Source: Monocercomonoides exilis PA203
Taxonomy: Eukaryota; Protista; Preaxostyla
Direction of reading: 5' to 3'
NCBI GenBank assembly: GCA_001643675.2
Contig: LSRY02000026.1
Coordinates: 1,178,001-1,242,000, forward strand
Length of the DNA: 64,000 nt
Positions within the stretch are counted from its first letter, which is position 1, and each line of letters starts with the position of its first letter. Below are positions 60,601 to 64,000 of the stretch, one piece after another. The notes beneath the pieces are model-generated. The model saw nothing but the letters and a program-made list of their open reading frames with translations. It was not told the origin of the DNA and made no database searches. The position numbers and the translations under genes are program-made.

Positions 60601-61284
60601 GCAGTTCAGTTCGAAAGAGACCAAAAGAATGCAAAGCTATTGGCTGCTTCGCTTTCTGCTTCTTCTTCTTCTTCTTCTCCTCCTCCTCCTCCTCCTTCTT
60701 CTTCTTCCACACTTCCCCCTCAGCCACCTTCTTCTTCTTCTTCTGTTGGAATCACAGGAACACATCTTCTTCCTCAACAAAATCAACCAAATCTTGTTGC
60801 TTCGCTTGATTCTTCCTCTTCTGATTACGGCTGGTCTTCTAATCAACCACAACAGCTTCCTCTTTCTCATCGCACATCACCTTCTTCTTCTTCCTTTTCT
60901 CGTTCTCGTTCTCAAAGCCCTTCTTCTTCCTCCTCCTCTTCATTTCCTTCTTCATTTCCTTCTTCCTCTTCTTCCTCTTCCTCTTCTCATCTATCAACCT
61001 CAGAGCGACTGAAGCAGATGAGCCAGCTGATGTCTGAGTTCAGCCAATTGACAGCCTCTTCCCGCAGCATCAGCCCTCGCCCTCCTGATGAATATCCACA
61101 AAACTTGCATTCTTCTTCTTCAAATTATAAGTCTTCTAATTCTTCTCGTTCTATTTCCCCTCCTCACCCTCTTCGATCTTCTTCTTCTTCTTATACACAA
61201 CAGCAGCAGCAACTGCAGCAACCTTCTTCGGGTCGATTTCAAAGGTTGGATGAGGGACACGTGGCTTCAACACCGTATTCATAA
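57679..61284 (+). CDS. Large low-complexity (His/Pro, Lys/Glu coiled-coil, Ser-rich) hypothetical protein; true start uncertain
   Basis: 1134-aa ORF from 57880, frame open upstream to a TTTCAG acceptor at about 57678. Confidence 0.7.
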   Translation, partial: SHSRHHRHSSGRGYSSQHRSQPSRSSKRKDQKQSIKSWAKVREENEKRTKRGKAVTRETVQKWREEDMARKAGSEKKNDGEKLFEEREDKQKKLYPHSHHHHDKNRKHHHTHQQSRSPHHPHHRHHHRHRLPSSYANSKRGRDGASMAPPGFPGAAQMASQQVPFGYFPMATPSFPYVHSQPILPGYPVGPTPMMHPNTFPMAAPPLYSNGSALPSGQQLAQSPVNVPSSSSSSSLGSQPTNLSSDVVSLPQSDLMAVLLERLKEKDPAKYEQISKKLAKKNASGKMTALNSVKSEPEVARSGVDLTGKEGEAREEEGEGEGEETKSSMRLDTSVGAEKEERKGRGEREGKEADENKGELRETMALLNKLAKAKKEREKRRASADGRPTKRKEEEEEEKEEERGGEGGEGEGEKGEGRKGKQKGSKRKGRSETRLRSKSESKYASSPESSANDGEKRKRSKKSKKGQYESEGESESDSSSSRRSRSRSSSRDSSSSSSSSSSSSSSSSSSSSSISLSSSFMELIKAVSEQPADDQNSQENISKQPKIENETEEKSSFPQINRENGVNIKNGSNNNNKNPPESEGEGEIQSEEQKKLVLIEDIQRLSAFNQLKAIISLKEQKEEEEARKAEKKRREELGLDLSEEEREKLKREQLERVKKEVEDKYLGGEHVPIPKVKTKEELEEEQRRKEEEIVREKERQREEEEEKERERQREEEKKKKKEEEEEEEKKRKKKKEEEEEEKEKKRNKTGRGRSEAKAEDLVDLSDTAFLREVDRKKKKRERQRSLSSGRQGNDIEKEENERKRKMEEKRRREEEEKKKKKKEKEKEEEERKRKEKEEEEEKKRREEEEERRNKEEEERKRKEKEEEAAAARKEKEKEKEKENSESSPNSSNEQPNKKAKGGLSAVFQMKPRRTPRLSQQNNPEFSSSSLSPSRMQQQYQQMNGIPNEMQISPFLSLKETGAGDFIQQAHRTVSAVQFERDQKNAKLLAASLSASSSSSSPPPPPPSSSSTLPPQPPSSSSSVGITGTHLLPQQNQPNLVASLDSSSSDYGWSSNQPQQLPLSHRTSPSSSSFSRSRSQSPSSSSSSSFPSSFPSSSSSSSSSHLSTSERLKQMSQLMSEFSQLTASSRSISPRPPDEYPQNLHSSSSNYKSSNSSRSISPPHPLRSSSSSYTQQQQQLQQPSSGRFQRLDEGHVASTPYS

Positions 61285-62399
61285 AAATGCAGCCATTTCA
61301 TTTGCTTTCTTTCACTTCACAACTATTTGGATTTTTTTTTTTTTTACTCTTATTCCACCTTTATTTTATTTTATTGTAAATTTTTATTTCTTTTTTATTA
61401 CCAATGTTCAGTTTTTTTCAATTGTCAATAATTTTCTAAAATTTTAGTATTACTTCACAATCTAAATGATACAATAACAATAGTTTTTTTTATGTTTGTA
61501 AAACGAATTCAATTTTTAAAATATGGAAAAAACTTCTTGTCAAATTCTTTGATCTTAAATAACAAATTAAAGGTAGGGGATCAACGCTTGTGCTGGTGAG
61601 AGTTTTCTTTTGTTCTAATACGCAATTTTCTACCTCAATATTATTGTATACAGTTAAGCAATGAAAAATAATTCTTCATCACAGCAAAATAACCACAAAA
61701 AGCAAATTATCACGTTCTTTATGATTTCGTTTTTGTTCGGTATGTTAATTAAATTATTATTCACAAATTATGAATTTTGTTATTCTGGCAATATTAGTTT
61801 TATTTACAAGTCGTCAAGTTCTTCCAAAAAAATTTTACAAAAAATTTCGTTACGAAATTAGAATCATTAAGTTTGAATTATTTATTTTTAAAATTCGTAA
61901 GTTTTAAACTCTTTCAACTTTTAATTTTAATAAAGAAATTTCGTCTTATCACTTCCAACTGCTGTAATTGCTGTTGTAATTATGGTGTACACCGGTTTTG
62001 TTCTGATGAACAAATCAATAACTCCCCCTCCAACTTCATTCGATATTGTCAAGGAAGATAGGTATCATCAGAACATAAACGGAAATGCGGAAAGTAAAGC
62101 ATTGTCAGAGGACAACTGTTATACAATTCGCGAGGTTAATTCAATATTGTATGATTAGGACTTCAATTCCCAATGCACAAGCACTTCATTTAATTCATAA
62201 CTTTCATGTCATATACTGCGACTCTCACCTGTTTAATTTATATTTCCACAGGAAACACTCCTGTTCACTCTTTCATATCACTTTTAATTTCCATTGTTGT
62301 TTATGTTCTTTGGCGTTATGCAATTTTTTCTCTTTATGTTTTGATGTTTATTTAAAAAATAGGAATTTTTCTATTTGTTAAAATTTTTCATATAAGATT

Positions 62400-62919
62400 T
62401 TTTAACTAAAAGAAAATACAATAAAAGTTTATTTTTGCCCCGATGTTTGAAGGGCAAGAGCCCTCTTCTTTAGTTTTTCTACCTTCTTTCTTATATCTGC
62501 CATGTCTTTTGATAGACTTTTTATTTTACTTTGATAATGTGGTATTTTTTGAAACTATATGATGATGTTAAAAAAAAATAAGATGATAAAAAGTCGGAAC
62601 TTCGAAGTAATTGATAAACAAACTGTTTCAGCTATATCAACTAAAGAACTCTGCGCAGTATCCGTATACATGGAATTTTCAGCTCGTAGCAGCTTTAAAA
62701 GATTAATTTGTAAATCCCTAAATGATTGAAGTTGTGTTATCAACAAATTTGACAAATATTGCTTTAATAAATACCTCGTTTCCTTCAATATTGTTTCGAC
62801 TCTATCAAAGCCTAAAATGCGACGTATCAAGCAAAAGTTATTTTTAATACAAAAATGCAAAAACCATCTTTGTGAACATCATCTATAAGTTTTCCAATTT
62901 CATTGTTATTGTGATCCAT
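62400..62919 (-). CDS. Possible small multi-exon hypothetical gene, divergent from UBA2
   Basis: MDHNNNEIGKLIDDVHKD followed by a GT donor and short coding-like segments (DRVETILKETR, ENSMYTDTAQSSLVDIAET). Confidence 0.3.
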
Positions 62920-62953
62920 TTTCGATCATGAGATAAATTAAAATATTAGAAAT

Positions 62954-64000
62954 ATGAAAAAAGCAAATATATTACCAACTGAATGCATTCTCAAAGGGAA
63001 AAATATTGAAAAATCGTTATCATCTAGATTGTTAATAGTTGGTGCTGGAGGAATTGGATGCGAAGTTCTCAAATGCCTTGTTTTAGCTGGATTTAATAAT
63101 TTAGTTATTGTTTGAAAAATTTTTCAAATCAATTGCAACTGAAACTGCATTATTTTAATTGAAAGATTGACCTTGATACAATAGATGTGTCAAATTTAAA
63201 TCGACAATTTTTATTTCGCCCAGAGCATGTTGGGAAAAGCAAAGCACTTGTTTGGTAATTATTTTGAAAGAAGCAATTCATGTTAACAATTTTTTAAAAC
63301 AGATGGCGCGTGAGGCGCTTATGAAGATAAATCCAAATGCACATATTGAAGCTTATTGCGATAATATTATGTCAGCAAAATTTGATATTACATTCTTTCA
63401 AAGTTTTTTCTGTATCTTGAATGCTCTTGATAATATCGGTATTGAACAAATTTTAATGTTTTCATCGCACTTTTTATTAAATATTAAGATGCAAGACGAC
63501 ATGTTAACACGATGTGTGTTCTTGCAAATAGACCATTGATAGAAAGTGGCACTTCTGGCGTTCTTGGGCAAGTTATCCCAATTTTTCCTGTTTGAAACAG
63601 AAAGTTGCTTAATATTTGCATTTCATTTATTTTTATTTCTTTATTTTTATTAATATTTTTTATTTTTATTCTTATGCTTGCAAATTCAAATTGTGAAAAA
63701 TATTTTTCAGAGATGTTCTGAGTGTTATTCATGCACAGCGAAGCCCGTGCCGAAGCAATATCCAATCTGCACCATCAGGAACCATCCATCATTACCAATT
63801 CATACTCATGCGTGGGCGCACATGCTGTGGAAAGTTCTTTTTGGCGCTGGAGAAAGCGAAACAGATAACTTTTTGAGGGATGGAGAAGGTATTCTCTTTT
63901 GTTCAATAAGAGAGAGTGGATTGTTATATATTTCAATATTATTTTGATTGAGAAAGGGAAAGCGAAATCAATTAATAATTTTTTATTTTAATAGAAAATC
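62954..64000 (+). CDS. UBA2: SUMO-activating enzyme subunit 2, multi-exon, truncated by the window end
   Basis: [72 protein letters not shown] (catalytic Cys). Confidence 0.92.

Noticed and set aside
62954-64000. Functional link between UBA2 and the transposon USP genes
   Set aside because: UBA2 is an ordinary housekeeping gene about 19 kb outside the elements; proximity is not evidence in a eukaryote
1-64000. Genome-wide TAA/TAG = Gln code as the explanation for the many broken ORFs
   Set aside because: RPL19, Tudor-SN and the large ORFs are open in the standard code and end in TAA; the broken regions also contain TGA stops and frameshifts

Overview
AT-rich eukaryotic genomic DNA with short GT..AG introns and very Ser/Glu/Lys-rich low-complexity coding sequence. 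The style resembles an oxymonad such as Monocercomonoides (inference), and the intact genes read in the standard code. The window has two parts. (1) About 1-47.7 kb is an island of nested DNA transposons that can be read from their terminal inverted repeats (TIRs) and target-site duplications (TSDs). These include a family with GG(G/C)..(G/C)CC ends and 4-bp ATAT/AATT TSDs (a 268-bp MITE in three copies, plus elements of 7.2, 16.6 and 22 kb loaded with degraded host-gene fragments), two hAT-like elements with 8-bp TSDs, a long-TIR element with an 8-bp TSD, and a foldback. The centrepiece is a spliced gene (31057-34844, minus) encoding a Sola2-like DDD transposase with a complete USP (peptidase C19) deubiquitinase domain embedded in it. 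It is flanked by long imperfect inverted repeats and followed immediately by a GC-rich multi-stem RNA-like structure. A second, pseudogenised USP paralog lies near the right end of the enclosing 22-kb element. (2) About 48-64 kb is ordinary housekeeping territory: a histidine acid phosphatase, RPL19, Tudor-SN, a large low-complexity protein and the 5' part of UBA2. All alignments were done by eye.
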